From contig NC_091469.1 in assembly GCF_036971445.1 (NCBI RefSeq), positions 327,422,001 through 327,486,000 on the forward strand: 64,000 nt of DNA, read 5' to 3'. The notes under the pieces were generated by a model, which ran no database searches, was not told where the DNA came from, and saw only the letters and a program-made list of their open reading frames with translations. This document shows positions 23,934 to 36,599 of the stretch, piece after piece (the first letter of the stretch is position 1; the number at the start of each line of letters is the position of its first letter). The position numbers were made by a program, and so were the translations under genes. The stretch is from Narcine bancroftii. Its lineage: Eukaryota.

Positions 23934-25654
23934 CTTCTTTCTTTTCTTCTTTGGCTTGGCTTCGCGGACGAAGATTTATGGAGGGGGTAAAAAAGTCCAC
24001 GTCAGCTGCAGGCTCGTTTGTGGCTGACCAGTCCGATGCGGGACAGGCAGACACGATTGCAGCGGTTGCAAGGGAAAATTGGTTGGTTGGGGTTGGGTGT
24101 TGGGTTTTTCCTCCTTTGCCTTTTGTCAGTGAGGTGGGCTCTGCGGTCTTCTTCAAAGGAGGCTGCTGCCCGCCAAACTGTGAGGCGCCAAGATGCACGG
24201 TTTGAGGCGTTATCAGCCCACTGGCGGTGGTCAATGTGGCAGGCACCAAGAGATTTCTTTAGGCAGTCCTTGTACCTTTTCTTTGGTGCACCTCTGTCAC
24301 GGTGGCCAGTGGAGAGCTCGCCATATAATACGATCTTGGGAAGGCGATGGTCCTCCATTCTGGAGACGTGACCCATCCAGCGCAGCTGGATCTTCAGCAG
24401 CGTGGACTCGATGCTGTCGACCTCTGCCATCTCGAGTACCTCAACGTTAGGGGTGTGAGCGCTCCAATGGATGTTGAGGATGGAGCGGAGACAACGCTGG
24501 TGGAAGCGTTCTAGGAGCCGTAGGTGGTGCCGGTAGAGGACCCATGATTCGGAGCCGAACAGGAGTGTGGGTATGACAACGGCTCTGTATATGCTTATCT
24601 TTGTGAGGTTTTTCAGTTGGTTGTTTTTCCAGACTCTTTTGTGTAGTCTTCCAAAGGCGCTATTTGCCTTGGCGAGTCTGTTGTCTATCTCATTGTCGAT
24701 CCTTGCATCTGATGAAATGGTGCAGCCGAGATAGGTAAACTGGTTGACCGTTTTGAGTTTTGTGTGCCCGATGGAGATGTGGGGGGGCTGGTAGTCATGG
24801 TGGGGAGCTGGCTGATGGAGGACCTCAGTTTTCTTCAGGCTGACTTCCAGGCCAAACATTTTGGCAGTTTCCGCAAAGCAGGACGTCAAGCGCTGAAGAG
24901 CTGGCTCTGAATGGGCAACTAAAGCGGCATCATCTGCAAAGAGTAGTTCACGGACAAGTTTCTCTTGTGTCTTGGTGTGAGCTTGCAGGCGCCTCAGATT
25001 GAAGAGACTGCCATCCGTGCGGTACCGGATGTAAACAGCGTCTTCATTGTTGGGGTCTTTCATGGCTTGGTTCAGCATCATGCTGAAGAAGATTGAAAAG
25101 AGGGTTGGTGCGAGAACACAGCCTTGCTTCACGCCATTGTTAATGGAGAAGGGTTCAGAGAGCTCATTGCTGTATCTGACCCGACCTTGTTGGTTTTCGT
25201 GCAGTTGGATAATCATGTTGAGGAAATTTGGGGGACATCCGATGCGCTCTAGTATTTGCCAAAGCCCTTTCCTGCTCACGGTGTCGAAGGCTTTGGTGAG
25301 GTCAACAAAGGTGATGTAGAGTCCTTTGTTTTGTTCTCTGCACTTTTCTTGGAGCTGTCTGAGGGCAAAGACCATGTCAGTGGTTCCTCTGTTTGCGCGA
25401 AAGCCGCACTGTGATTCTGGGAGAATATTCTCAGCGACACTAGGTATTATTCTATTTAGTAGAATCCTAGCGAAGATTTTGCCTGCAATGGCGGCAAAAC
25501 TCTGCATGCCAAACTGCATGAGTTTTTCAAGCTTTGTTGGGACCAAGGTAAACTGCCTCAGGATCTTCGTGATGCCACCATCATCACCCTGTACAAAAAC
25601 AAAGGCGAGAAATCAGACTGCTCAAACTACAGGGGAATCACGTTGCTCTCCATT
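23934..25654 (-). mobile_element. Young RTE-clade LINE, 5'-truncated, with 5' inversion
   Basis: Uninterrupted RT frame over 24002-25490 (PESQCGFR, FVDLTKAFD, GVKQGCVLAP, LFADD, C-terminal CxxC..H..C). 3' end GAAGCCAAGCCAAAGAA tail. Inverted segment 25490-25654. TSD ttaattttatat at 23922-23933 and 25653-25664. Confidence 0.95.
24002..25490 (-). CDS. RTE reverse transcriptase, C-terminal ~495 codons (no endonuclease; the N-terminal ~18 aa of the ORF-track protein come from the inversion)
   Basis: 514-aa ORF with the RT core motifs and no stops or frameshifts. Confidence 0.9.
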
Positions 25655-26565
25655 AATTTTATATACACAATTCATATGTAACCATCCTTCACTTACTGTT
25701 TGCATCTGGATAAATTATACTGGTTTCATTAGGAAAAGCTACTGCTTCATCTACAATTTAAAAAGCCTATTTGCCTCATTTGCATTTTAAAAAGTCTGTT
25801 TACCGATTAAATTGATGGTATTTGCTCTCCTTAATGACTGCTTGCAATGAGTCAAATGCATCTCACCATCTCAAACTCTTTGGTTGACTTAATGTTGACA
25901 ATAAAGATGACAGATAAAACAGGAAGACAGCAGTGCTTATAAGAGGAGCCAAATTAGTGGAGAACAACAGGATAATTAAACTTTCCAGAAAAAAAGCCCA
26001 TTAAAATAACCCATTATACAGAGTAGGGCCTTATGCTCTTTTAATTTGCTTTGCTTTGTGTGTAGATTGTAGGGTTTTAATATGATGAATGCAGTTCTGC
26101 TTGAACACATTTCTGGGGAATAAAGTACTGTAACCAATCCAACTTCATTGAGTGATTGGCTGTCAATCCATCTTCCAAAAGGTGTTGGAGAGAATGTTCT
26201 TTCAGAGAAGAACATCTAGGAGAATTAAATGCCATGAATGAAATGACATCAATTGCTTTTCAAATTGGTTAACAGCACTGGCCACGGACCTAAATTTGTT
26301 GATGACAGGTAAGAAAGATTCCTGTGCTATGCAGTTAACCAAGTTATTCAATAAAATCACCTCTAATGAACTGAATGGGCCAATAATATATCTTGGAAAA
26401 ATCACATCAGAACTCAAGTTGTGAAAGAATGACCACAATGGTCAATGAAACACAGTGATAGTATTTTATGGCTCATGTTATTATCCAACAATTTCACATG
26501 CTGAACAAATATTCATTGTGGGATTAAATGAGAACATATCATGCAACTGAATATAACTTTCCAAT

Positions 26566-26922
26566 TCTTTCTCTCTTTGGCTTGGCTTCGCGGACGAAGA
26601 TTTATGGAGGGGGTAAAAGTCCACGTCAGCTGCAGGCTCGTTTGTGGCTGACAAGTCCGATGCGGGACAGGCAGACACGGTTGCAGCGGTTGCAGGGGAA
26701 AATTGGTTGGTTGGGGTTGGGTGTTGGGTTTTTCCTCCTTTGCCTTTTGTCAGTGAGGTGGGCTCTGCGGTCTTCTTCAAAGGAGGTTGCTGCCCGCCAA
26801 ACTGTGAGGCGCCAAGATGCACGGTTTGAGGCGTTATCAGCCCACTGGCGGTGGTCAATGTGGCAGGCACCAAGAGATTTCTTTAGGCAGTGCTTGTACC
26901 TTTTCTTTGGTGCACCTCTGTC
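26566..26922 (-). mobile_element. RTE LINE 3' fragment (same family)
   Basis: Near-identical to 23945-24298. No clear TSD seen. Confidence 0.95.
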
Positions 26923-27149
26923 AAATACGTATTATTTTAATTCAAAATGAAATTAGGAGATAAACTGGAACTGCATTCGGGTATTTAAGATAAAGCATGA
27001 AGGTGAATAATGTAAACAAAACAACTAAGGCTAAAAAAAGTAAGGAAGTATTGTAAGAATAAAACAAGTTTGTTTTTAAAGGCTGGGCAATAAATAAGGA
27101 AGTAACGATCAAGTATCGTAAGCCCCAGAAATTTAAGGTTCCAGAGGTA

Positions 27150-30100
27150 AACAGTACCTGAGTACCTCAAAGGGACCCTCATATAGACGCTGGAATGGTG
27201 CTTGTGTGCTCCTTTCTGCATGAAAACATACTTGTACTCCTGCAAGTTCTGGGGTATATAGAACCTAGCCTGACCGTGTTGAGATGTCGGCATGGGTGCT
27301 AAAGAACAAAGCTTCTCACAGAGCTTGCTTAGGATCGCTCCTTCCATCCTCGTGAGTCTGATACAAATTCTCCTGGAACCATGGGCGCGCCATAGACCAG
27401 CTCTGTTCAAAAGGCACCTAGATCATCCTTAAGTTCCATTTGTGTGCCGAGAGTGCCCACAGCAATTTGGCAATCCAGTTAGGTCCCTGCAGCCGCACCA
27501 TAAGGGCCAATTTCCAATGCCTGTGGAACCTTTCTACTAGTCCATTGGATCGTGGATGGTACGCAGTTGTGCAGTGCAACTTGGTTCCAAGCAGGGTGGT
27601 CATTGCTGACCACAGGCATGACGCGAATTGAGCACCCTTGTCAGACATGATGTGCGCTAGCAGACCGAAACATGCTATCCAGGCAGAAATGAGGGCCCTG
27701 GTGCAGGTGTCAGCAGTCGTGGCTGCCAGTGGAACCTCCTCTAGCCACTGTGTGGCCCAATTCACTATAGTGAGAAGAAAAAGGGAACCATGTGTCACCA
27801 GCAGGGGGACTGCAATGCCCACGTGTATGTGGTCAAATCTCTTGTACAATAGCTCAAAAGATTGTTGCTGGACTTTGGATGTCTGGCAATGAGTGCATGT
27901 CTTCACCCAATTGTTGACCTACTTTCAAAGGCCTTGCCACACAAATCTGTTAACTATCACCTGGACAGTCATTTTGATTGATGGATTACCAACCCGCGTA
28001 CCATGTCAAATACCTGCTGCATCCAGGCCACCGGAAAGATTGGGCAAAGATGACCTTTAAATAGGTCAGAAAGGAATTTGAGCTCCCCCAGGCCTACCAG
28101 AATTTCTTCCAGCTGTAGGTTCGAGTTTCCTGTTCTGTAACACGGAATTTCTTAGTCTGCCTGTTGCATTTTCACAAGCTCAACATAATCCACCTCTTGG
28201 GCTAAGGTCCGCACTGATTGTATGATCAGGTGAGACAGCGCATCCGCCACTACGTTGGCCTTTCCTCAGATGTGTTTGATGGCCGTCGTGAACTCAGAAA
28301 TATACGATAAATGTCCCTGATGACGAGCCGACCATCGATCTGATACCTTAGTGAATACAAAGGTAAGCACCTTGTGGTCCGCAAAAGCTGTGATATACCT
28401 GCCTTCTAGAAAGTATCTGAAATATCCGATAGCAAGGTACAGTGCCAACAATTCTTGATCAAAAGCACTGTACTTGAATTCTGGTGGTCTCAGGAGCTTG
28501 GTAAAGAAAGCCAATGGTTTCCAATACCTATCGATGTACTGTTCAAGCACCCATCTTCCTGCATCCAATGTCAGAACATACATTCTTGGGTGCACTAGCA
28601 ATGCAGCATTAGCAACTGCTTCCTTAGCATTCTCAAATGATGCCGACTATTCTTCATCCCAAGTGACATCCCTTGTCTTGCCTGACATCAGGGCGAGGTG
28701 GGGGGGGGAGATGCAAGCAGCTGATGGTAGAAACCAGCGATAAAAGTTCATCATTCCAACGAACTCCTGGAGGCCTATAACTGTGCTGGGCTTAGTGAAA
28801 GTCCAAATCGCCTTGATCTTTGCCGGTAGTGGCTTTGTTTAGTGTTTGTCAATTCTAGGGCCCAGTAAGTCAATGGTCGCTAAACAGAATTGACACTTGG
28901 CTGGGTTGATGGTCAGCCCAAATTTATTCAAACGATTGTTGTCTAGATATATGAAGGTAAAATCGAGATCGCATCCCACTCTGTCCATTAAACGTTGGAA
29001 AGTCTGCACAGCATGCTTGAGCCCAAAAGGCATCCTTCTGAATTCAAAAAAGCCAAGGGGTGTGATAATAGCCATTTTTGGAATCTCATCCGGGTGGAAA
29101 AGATGCAGGCTCCCTACAGGTTGGACGCAAAGTCCTGTAAGCAATCCAGTGCAGTAACCTCATTCAACCTGTGGTAATCACCGCAGGGTCTCCAGCAGCC
29201 TGTGGCCTTGGGTACCATGTGGAGCTATCGGTTCATTGTACAATACCCATGTTCTCCATCCTTTCAAATTTTTCTTTGGAAAACGTTCATCTGGAGGGAG
29301 CCTGTGAGCTCGGCATGCAGTGGTGGCCCTTCGATTGGTATGTGGTGCTGCACCCCATGTTTCAGCATCACCAAGGAGAACTGGAGTGTAATTATTGTGG
29401 GGAACTCCTCCAACAACCTGGCAAATTCATTCTCTGAAAGAGTAACCTAATCAAAATGCGGGGCTGGCAGCTTGGCCTCACCTAGGGCGAAGGTCTGGAA
29501 AGTGTTGGTGTGAATGAGCCTTCGTCCTTCAAGATCAACCAGCAGGCCATGTGCTCTGAGAAAATCAGCTCCCAGTAGCGGTTGTGTGACCACACCCAAC
29601 GTGAACATCTATGTGAATTAAGAATCGCCAAACTGAAGCAGGATCCTACACAAGCCAAATGTCTGGATGGTAATGCTGTTTGCAGCTTTCAATGATGGCC
29701 GAGGCTTCTGTTATGTGTGTCACACCCCGAAGGGGGAGTACACTGATGTCAGCCCCTATATCCACCAAAAAACGCCAGCCGGAATGTCTATCCCAGACAT
29801 ATAAAAGACTGTCTCAATGGCCAGCCACTGCAGCCATTAGTGACAGTTGGCCCAGCGTTTCCTTGAAACGCACAGAGAGGTTGGCAGCAGTGAGCTTCTG
29901 TGTCCCATCGTTAATGGTAGAAACACCAATGGGTGCTATCTTCGTCCTGTTGTCTCCTGGCTGACAGCGCTCTGACAACAGATTTGATTGACCCTGCTGC
30001 CAGTCTAATGTTGGAGTTGCATGTTCCTGCTGCTATGAGCAAGATCTAGTGACCAGTCCTGCAGATGTCTTACTTTCTGGTTTTGCCCATTATAGAATAT

Positions 30101-30599
30101 CAGCACAGGCCGCAACTCTCCATGGGTCTCTGAAATCCACATCAGCCAGCAGCATGTGGATACCTTCTGGCAACTGCTCCAAGAAAGCCTGCTTGAACAT
30201 TAGACAGGGCCTCTGCTCTTCCACTAGTGCCAGCATTTCATTCATAAGCATGGAAGGGATCTTATCTCCCAAGCCATCCAGGTGAAGTAAACAGTTCACT
30301 CATTCACATCATGAGAGGCCAAAGGTATAGATGAGCAGACTCTCGAGTACCCATATACTTGCCCTCCTCTGGAGGATGCTGAAGAAAGATCAGAAACTTG
30401 GCATGCCTTCTCTTGATCCAGGGAACTTACTACATCGTGTTTCCACGTGGAATCAGAAGTTACCTGCCTCAACTGGAATTGGGCTTCTGCTTCATCAAAC
30501 CATACATATGGTTATGAAGTCCAAAGCGCTAACAGTTGCATCAAAAAAAAATTTTGCATGTTGAGGTCCAAATATCATTTGGACCATCAGGATCACCAA
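27150..30599 (-). mobile_element. Gypsy/Ty3 LTR retrotransposon internal region, decayed (gag-PR-RT-RH-IN)
   Basis: gag LDGLGDKIPSMLMNEML. Protease FLVDIGAD(ISV). RT EFRRMPFGLKHAVQTFQRLMD..FIYLD. RNase H YSAFDQELLALYLAI..FR. Integrase TTAYHPRSNGLVERFHR and YEGPF. PBS-like ttggtgatcc next to the LTR. Confidence 0.9.
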
Positions 30600-30873
30600 T
30601 GTAGCAAAGTATTCTATACTGAGCTACTTATAAACATCACTGTGCACATTGTCAAGTTGATGTACACACTGCATTGATTAATGCAAGTCTAACACCTCCA
30701 GGTTTGCATGGCTGGTCTTATTTACATCACTGCTTCTGTCACATGGACAGGAGGTGATGTCATAAGTGATGTCATCAGCCCAGATCAAAACCTGTGTTGG
30801 ATGCAGGTCAATTTCCTGCATTTTCCACAGCATTTTGGGAGCCGGTTCATTTGCTGGTCAATGGGTCACAACA
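30600..30873 (-). mobile_element. Probable 5' LTR of the Gypsy element
   Basis: Minus strand begins TGTTGTGACCC and ends CTACA, directly followed by a TTGGTG PBS-like sequence. Confidence 0.6.
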
Positions 30874-31014
30874 CAAGGTTATTTGGGTATGTTTTGTTTC
30901 AACCATGTAGAAATTACAGAACTTTTTGTATATAGTCTCATTTCAGGGCACAATAATATTTTGGACATGGTAATTGTCTGTACATTAAAGTAGTCATGTT
31001 TCGTACTTAAATTT

Positions 31015-31260
31015 TTAATTTAATTTAGATATATACACCCCAGTAACAGATTCTTTCAGCCCAAGGGCCTGTGTTGCCTAATGGCATTCAACTGACCTAC
31101 AATTCCAGGTACATTTTGAATGGTGAGAGGAAACTAGAGCAAGCAGAGGAAATCTATGCAGATACATAGGGAGAATGTTACAACTCATTACACAGGATCT
31201 GACCCCTGGTGCAGTTACAGCATTGCCTTAATCACTATGCAAACTGTATTGCCTCCTATG
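31015..31260 (-). mobile_element. V-SINE/HE1-like SINE (diverged)
   Basis: Similar to 13790-14040. Confidence 0.65.
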
Positions 31261-31284
31261 CTAACTGTGCAACTTCACTGCATA

Positions 31285-32497
31285 TCCCTTGCATGCAATG
31301 ACTCCTTTAAATCTGTGATTCCTAGACATCAGCAGAGGGCTGAGTAAATTCTGCTCTGCCAGGCCTCTACTGCTTTAGCTCCTGCTTGTTTTGGGGGCTT
31401 GCCCCCTCAAGTTTGCTCGTCAGCATATTTGCTTTAGGTCAGGTGGCCATTCAAAAATATTCCATTCTTTCGCTTTGAAAAACACCTTTGCTTTAGCAGT
31501 ATGTTTGGGATCGTTGTCTTGCTATAGGATGACGCATCGTCCATTGAGTTTGCAGGCATTTGTTCGAACCTGACCAAATGATTCTGTACACCTCATAATT
31601 TATTTGCTACTGCCATCAGCAGTTACATCATCAATGAAGATAAGTGCACCAGTACCTGTGGCAGCTACACATGCCCAGGCCTTAACACTTTCACCACCAT
31701 GTTTCACAGGTGAATTGGTATGCTTTGGATCTTGAACAGTTCTTTTATGCCTCCACGTTTTTCTTGCCATCTCTCTGATACAGCTTAATCTTGGTCTCAT
31801 CATTCCACAAGACCTTCTGCCAACATTCTGCAGGCTCCTTTAAATATTTCTTGGCACACTGTAATCTGGCCATCCTGTGGCTAACTAATGGTTTGCATCT
31901 TGCAGTGTAGTCTCTGTACTTCTATTCATGAAGAATTCTGCAGACAGTAGACATTGACCATCCACACCTGCCTCCTGAAGTTTCTGTTCTGTCAGACAGG
32001 CATTTGGGGATTATTATGATGAGAATTCTTCTGTTATCAGCAGTGGAGATCTTCCTTGGCCTACCAGTTCCTTTGTGATTACTGAGCTCACTAGTATGCT
32101 CTTTCTTCTTAATGATGCTCCAAACAGTTGATTTTGTTAATCCTAAGGTTTGGGTGATGTCTCTTATTGTTTTAGTCTAGTTTTTCAGCCTCCATGCTAC
32201 CTTGACTTTCATTGACACAACCCTTGTCCTTATTTTGAAAAATGGCAAGCCTAGCTCTCCTATACCTGCACCAATGAAGTAATTAAACATTCCTGGGTAA
32301 TCACAAACACCTCTCAAGCCAAAGTCCCAAAAAAAAGAGTATGTATAAAAAGAGCTGTAATTTCGACATGGTCAAAGTAATCTTTTTTTAAAATCTGGAA
32401 TATGTAGTTTAATCACATGTAAAATTTAAAACTGTGGAACATAGGGGTAAATAAAGGAAAAAAATGTTTTGTCCCAAACATTATGAAGGACACTGTA
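31285..32497 (-). mobile_element. Tc1-like DNA transposon, decayed
   Basis: VKHGGESVKAWAC transposase motif and ILxQDNDPKH (reverse complement of ~31500-31530). Terminus cactg followed by TA at 32491-32497. Confidence 0.85.
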
Positions 32498-32680
32498 TAC
32501 TGATCTACATCAGGGTGACCCAATCATTCAATATAGCATTTTTCTCGACATTATCTTTTAAATATTCATCAACTGTTCTTCTACTAATCGCTTAATGATG
32601 CTGTTGGCTGTTCTCTCAGATCTAAAGGCATAGCCTTCAATTCCTTCAGCATCTAAACAAAAAAAACAATGTTTCCTTAC

Positions 32681-32713
32681 CTTTTCCAAATATTTGCATT
32701 GCAGCTTGCCCAT
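32681..32713 (-). CDS. Candidate ATG-initiated micro-exon MGKLQCKYLEK (unverified)
   Basis: agcATGG Kozak context, strong donor AAG|gtaagg, phase 0, unique context. Confidence 0.15.
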
Positions 32714-33114
32714 GCTAAATCAACAATGAAATGCTAAATATAATTTGCATTGCAAAATTTGTGGTAAAGGAATTAATGGATGATCCACAAACCTTTGCTA
32801 CAATTTTAACCTCATTGGCGACTTGGATAAGTATTACTTTTTACATACCTGTATCTGAACTCCCAAATTGTTTGACATAATTTTGTGCAGAATGGAAATA
32901 AAATGGCAGTTTAATTGCATTTTTAACAGACCACTCGTAAATAATACAATAAAGAGAAAGCAGGGAATCTCTGGAGAGATTTTGGGGTTTAAAAAAAATC
33001 AGTTGAAAAAGGCTGAGAAATGTGATACATTTTGGCAAGTATTCCACAACATGGCAATTGAAAATCCAAAATAAAAATGACGTACCCTTAAACAGAAGCA
33101 TTGTCATGCCTGAT

Positions 33115-33535
33115 GGTCATAGGGAGATATGACTCAGAAACAGGCCCCTATGATCCACCAAGTGTGCGCCAACCATCGGCTATCCATTTACACAAATCCT
33201 ACATGAATCCCATTCTCCCTCCATTCTATCAACTCCCGATCCCAGATTCTACCATTCATCTGCACACATGGGGAAGGTTACAGTGACTAATTGACCTACT
33301 TACTGGCATGGTTAGCGCAACGCTGTTACAGCGCCAGCAATTGGGACTTGAGTTTGAATCCCGCACTGTCTGTAAGGAGTTTGTATGTTCTCCCTGTGTC
33401 TGTGTTGGTTTTCCTAGGGCTCCGCTTTCTTCCCATTGTTTGAAATGTACCAGGGGTTGTAGGTTAGTTGGATGTAATTGGGCTTGTGGGCCGAAAGGGC
33501 CTGTGGCCTGCTGTATGTCTAAATTTCTCTCAAAT
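33115..33535. mobile_element. Two adjacent SINE copies in opposite orientation (minus partial 33115-33300; plus 33305-33535)
   Basis: The plus copy has gttagcgcaacgctgttacagcgccagc, B-box-like gtttgaatcc and the V-core. The minus copy has cagaaacaggccc...taattgacctac. Confidence 0.7.
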
Positions 33536-36500
33536 TTATAAAATTGAAGTCTCATGGTTCTGATTATTGTCAGAGTATATACATGACATCACCAACAGAC
33601 TGAATGGCAGTTTCTTCTCCGTAGCCAACAGGCTCTTGAAGGAATCCCACAGCAGTGATGCCATGCTGTCCTGGTTATGTACAAATTGATATTTTCACTG
33701 TCTCGCTATGCAATGTAACTGTCCTCTTCCTCCTCTCCTCATATGGATATATGCATGATAAAATGGATTTGCTTGACTTGCTATGAAAAATAGCTTTTTC
33801 ACTGTAACAGGTATAATGTGACAATAAACCTGAATTTGAATTAATGTTTTGGTTATCCAAAATGATAAAATCTTATTTGCATCTGCAATTTATTTGGAAT
33901 ATTGCTTCTATTTGGGATTGATGGTCTCAGAAATCTAAATATTTCAAATTTATTTTGAGGAGAAAATTCTGTGAAGAATCAGTCATTGAGTGGTTCAACA
34001 TGAGTCAATGAATGCTATCCTACATATAATCAAAAGGCTTCGTCAATAACTGAAGTGAATTCACTATTATTTAATGAATGCTCCTGGCTGAAACATAAAA
34101 ACCATCACCTGCCATATGGAAAGCAGCCTGCAAAGGCAGTATATGGTCTTGAATAATGCCACAGAACTGAATCATTACTTCTGCTTTATCTGTCTCTCTC
34201 CTCACACTCACAAACACGATACAAAGCTCACTGATCCTGCTTCTGCCCCTCAAGCCTCCACAATCAACAGATAATTCTTTTAAAAAAAACTCAAAGCCTC
34301 GCATTAGAGCAAACAGAAGCCCTGGACAAACAAAAGAAGACCACATCACAGCACAAAGTGTCTGTAAACCATCTGTGGATAAGACTCCAGCTTCCACACC
34401 GTCCTCATTAGCCAGTTCAGAGCTCACAAAACCAGAGTGGAACCAATTCATCCTCAATCCCAAGCAACTGAGTTAAAAGGAGTATAGTCATTTTAAACAA
34501 ATCGGAGAGACACAAGTCTCAAAAGGTCAGTTTTACAATTTGGAAAATAACCAGACATTTAAACATGTATCCGGGCTTTATAAAGACCTTCAACATTCCC
34601 TGAAATATGTGCCATGGGGCCACTGTTTTACAACTAGTTATACAAAGATAATTTAACATACACTGACTTTGAATAACCACCCTTCTTTCTATCCATCACA
34701 CTCCACCAGGTACCAGTTTATAAACAGAAAGTTAATTCCCAATTTTCAGCCCTTTGAGGCCTTCATCTCAAGCCACGGGTACGCAGCAGAACAAAAGGAA
34801 ATGTCCCAGAATTTTGTGCGGGTAAGTTGCAGTGCAACTGTACACACCCCTGAGGTCCCCCAATCATTCCACTTGGCTATGACAGAAGTTTCAATCTTGC
34901 GATTTTCCGATTATCTGGTGGAGTAAGTCAGAAGTAAGCTAAGTCTTTTTGATTGAACTAGGACAAAAAATTAGCATGTTACATTTAGATTCAAAAGTTT
35001 ATGCAAATCTTTAAAAAATTTTAAGTTTGAACCATAGATTTAAATTTTTCTTTGAAAGATCATGCTGCATTTAGCATTTTCAAGGCAGTTCAGGACATGA
35101 CACAGGAACATACAAAGAATGAACATAGGAGAATGAATGTCTTTAAATAGAATGCAGTCCAAATGATGGGTTAATATTCAATATGGAAATCATTCAAATC
35201 TTGACAGTTGAAGGACAGTTCAAAATGATAATATGGACACCTGTTTTGGGCACTAAAAGGCAGGATTTCCCCTTTGAGTCAAACAACATTAGAGATATTG
35301 TTGCCTAGCAAATAAGTGTATAATGACCCTTCCAAACAACTATCGTATCTACAGCAGGTTTTATATCTGATAAACATCACAGTCTAAAGGCAGGTAGGAA
35401 TCACAAAGCATCATATACATATGCGGCAGTGCAAACTTTACTCAACAGGATTGTGTTGCACAGTATAGAAAGGATATAGTGTTGTAAGATTTGCGAAGAA
35501 TGTAAATTGCTCCATTGTCAATGTCTCAAAAAATAAAATTTCAAAATACAGTACAGGTATATCCTTTATATTGTTAACTTTTGTTTGTTCCATTGTTCAA
35601 TTAACAGAATCTACACTCTGTCACACTCAAAGCTTTGCTTGGTACAGATTGTCCTATTGACATTTAAACCAATGTCACCTCAGATATGTACACATTACCT
35701 GCCAAGTAACTATCTCATTAAAATGAAAACATTGAAGTATTTGAAGGACAAATCAATGCTGCAAGAGATAGGTGCAAGTTTTAAATAACTGCAACTTTAT
35801 AAAGAACTTACTCCAGTTGTGTCCTGAAAATTTGCCATGAAACAGAAATAATCTAATTATTTGCTCTCTAAAATATAAAAGCAAAATGTTTTCACTTACA
35901 ACACATATTCAGGAACAATTTTAAATCAATAAATGTGGCTTTCTGCAAAAAAACAAATGCAAATCTGAGTCTATGAGATTCTTTAAAATTTAAATTTACA
36001 TTCATAAAGTGTGACATCCCTGGAGACATAAAGGATAGAAGCAGGCCCTTCAACCCATCATGTCCATACCAACCATCAACCACTCATTTACAGAGATCCT
36101 ACACTGGACTTCACAAAGAAAACCCATGCAGTAATAAAAACCTGCAAACTCAAATATGGCCTGAAGTCAAGACTGAACCCAGGTCGCTGGACCTGTGAGC
36201 CAGCAGCTCTACTGGATGTACCATTGTGCAGACTCGCTTATTCTGCTTCGGGCCTAAGCTCTTCATCACGATATAGGGAGGTATCTGAATAAAATGGGGG
36301 AGGAGCTGAGAGAGGAGCACTGGCCCACAGGCAAGATGTCACAGACATATATGGGTGCGAGGACACCTTGGCCCTGATATAACTTTCCAGCTACTCTATG
36401 ATGTAATACCATGTCAAAGGTCTTGCTAAAAGTCCATGCATATAACTTTTTCAAATCCAAAGTTCAAATTTATCATCATGGTACATACACATCACATACA

Positions 36501-36599
36501 ACCCTGAGATTCTTTTACATGAGGGCCTGGCAGAATTTCTACTTATCAGTGGTGGAAACCATACTCAAGAAAAAAATACGTAACCAAAAGTGAAAATGT

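Noticed and set aside
25491-25546. N-terminus MVPTKLEKLMQFGMQSFA of the 514-aa ORF as a real start
   Set aside because: It is the antisense read of the inverted RTE segment. The element lacks its endonuclease and promoter, so it is not an autonomous copy.
32681-32713. Resemblance of MGKLQCK to the NKD2 N-terminus (MGKLQSK)
   Set aside because: Only a few residues match, and no downstream NKD exons are visible. No gene symbol assigned.
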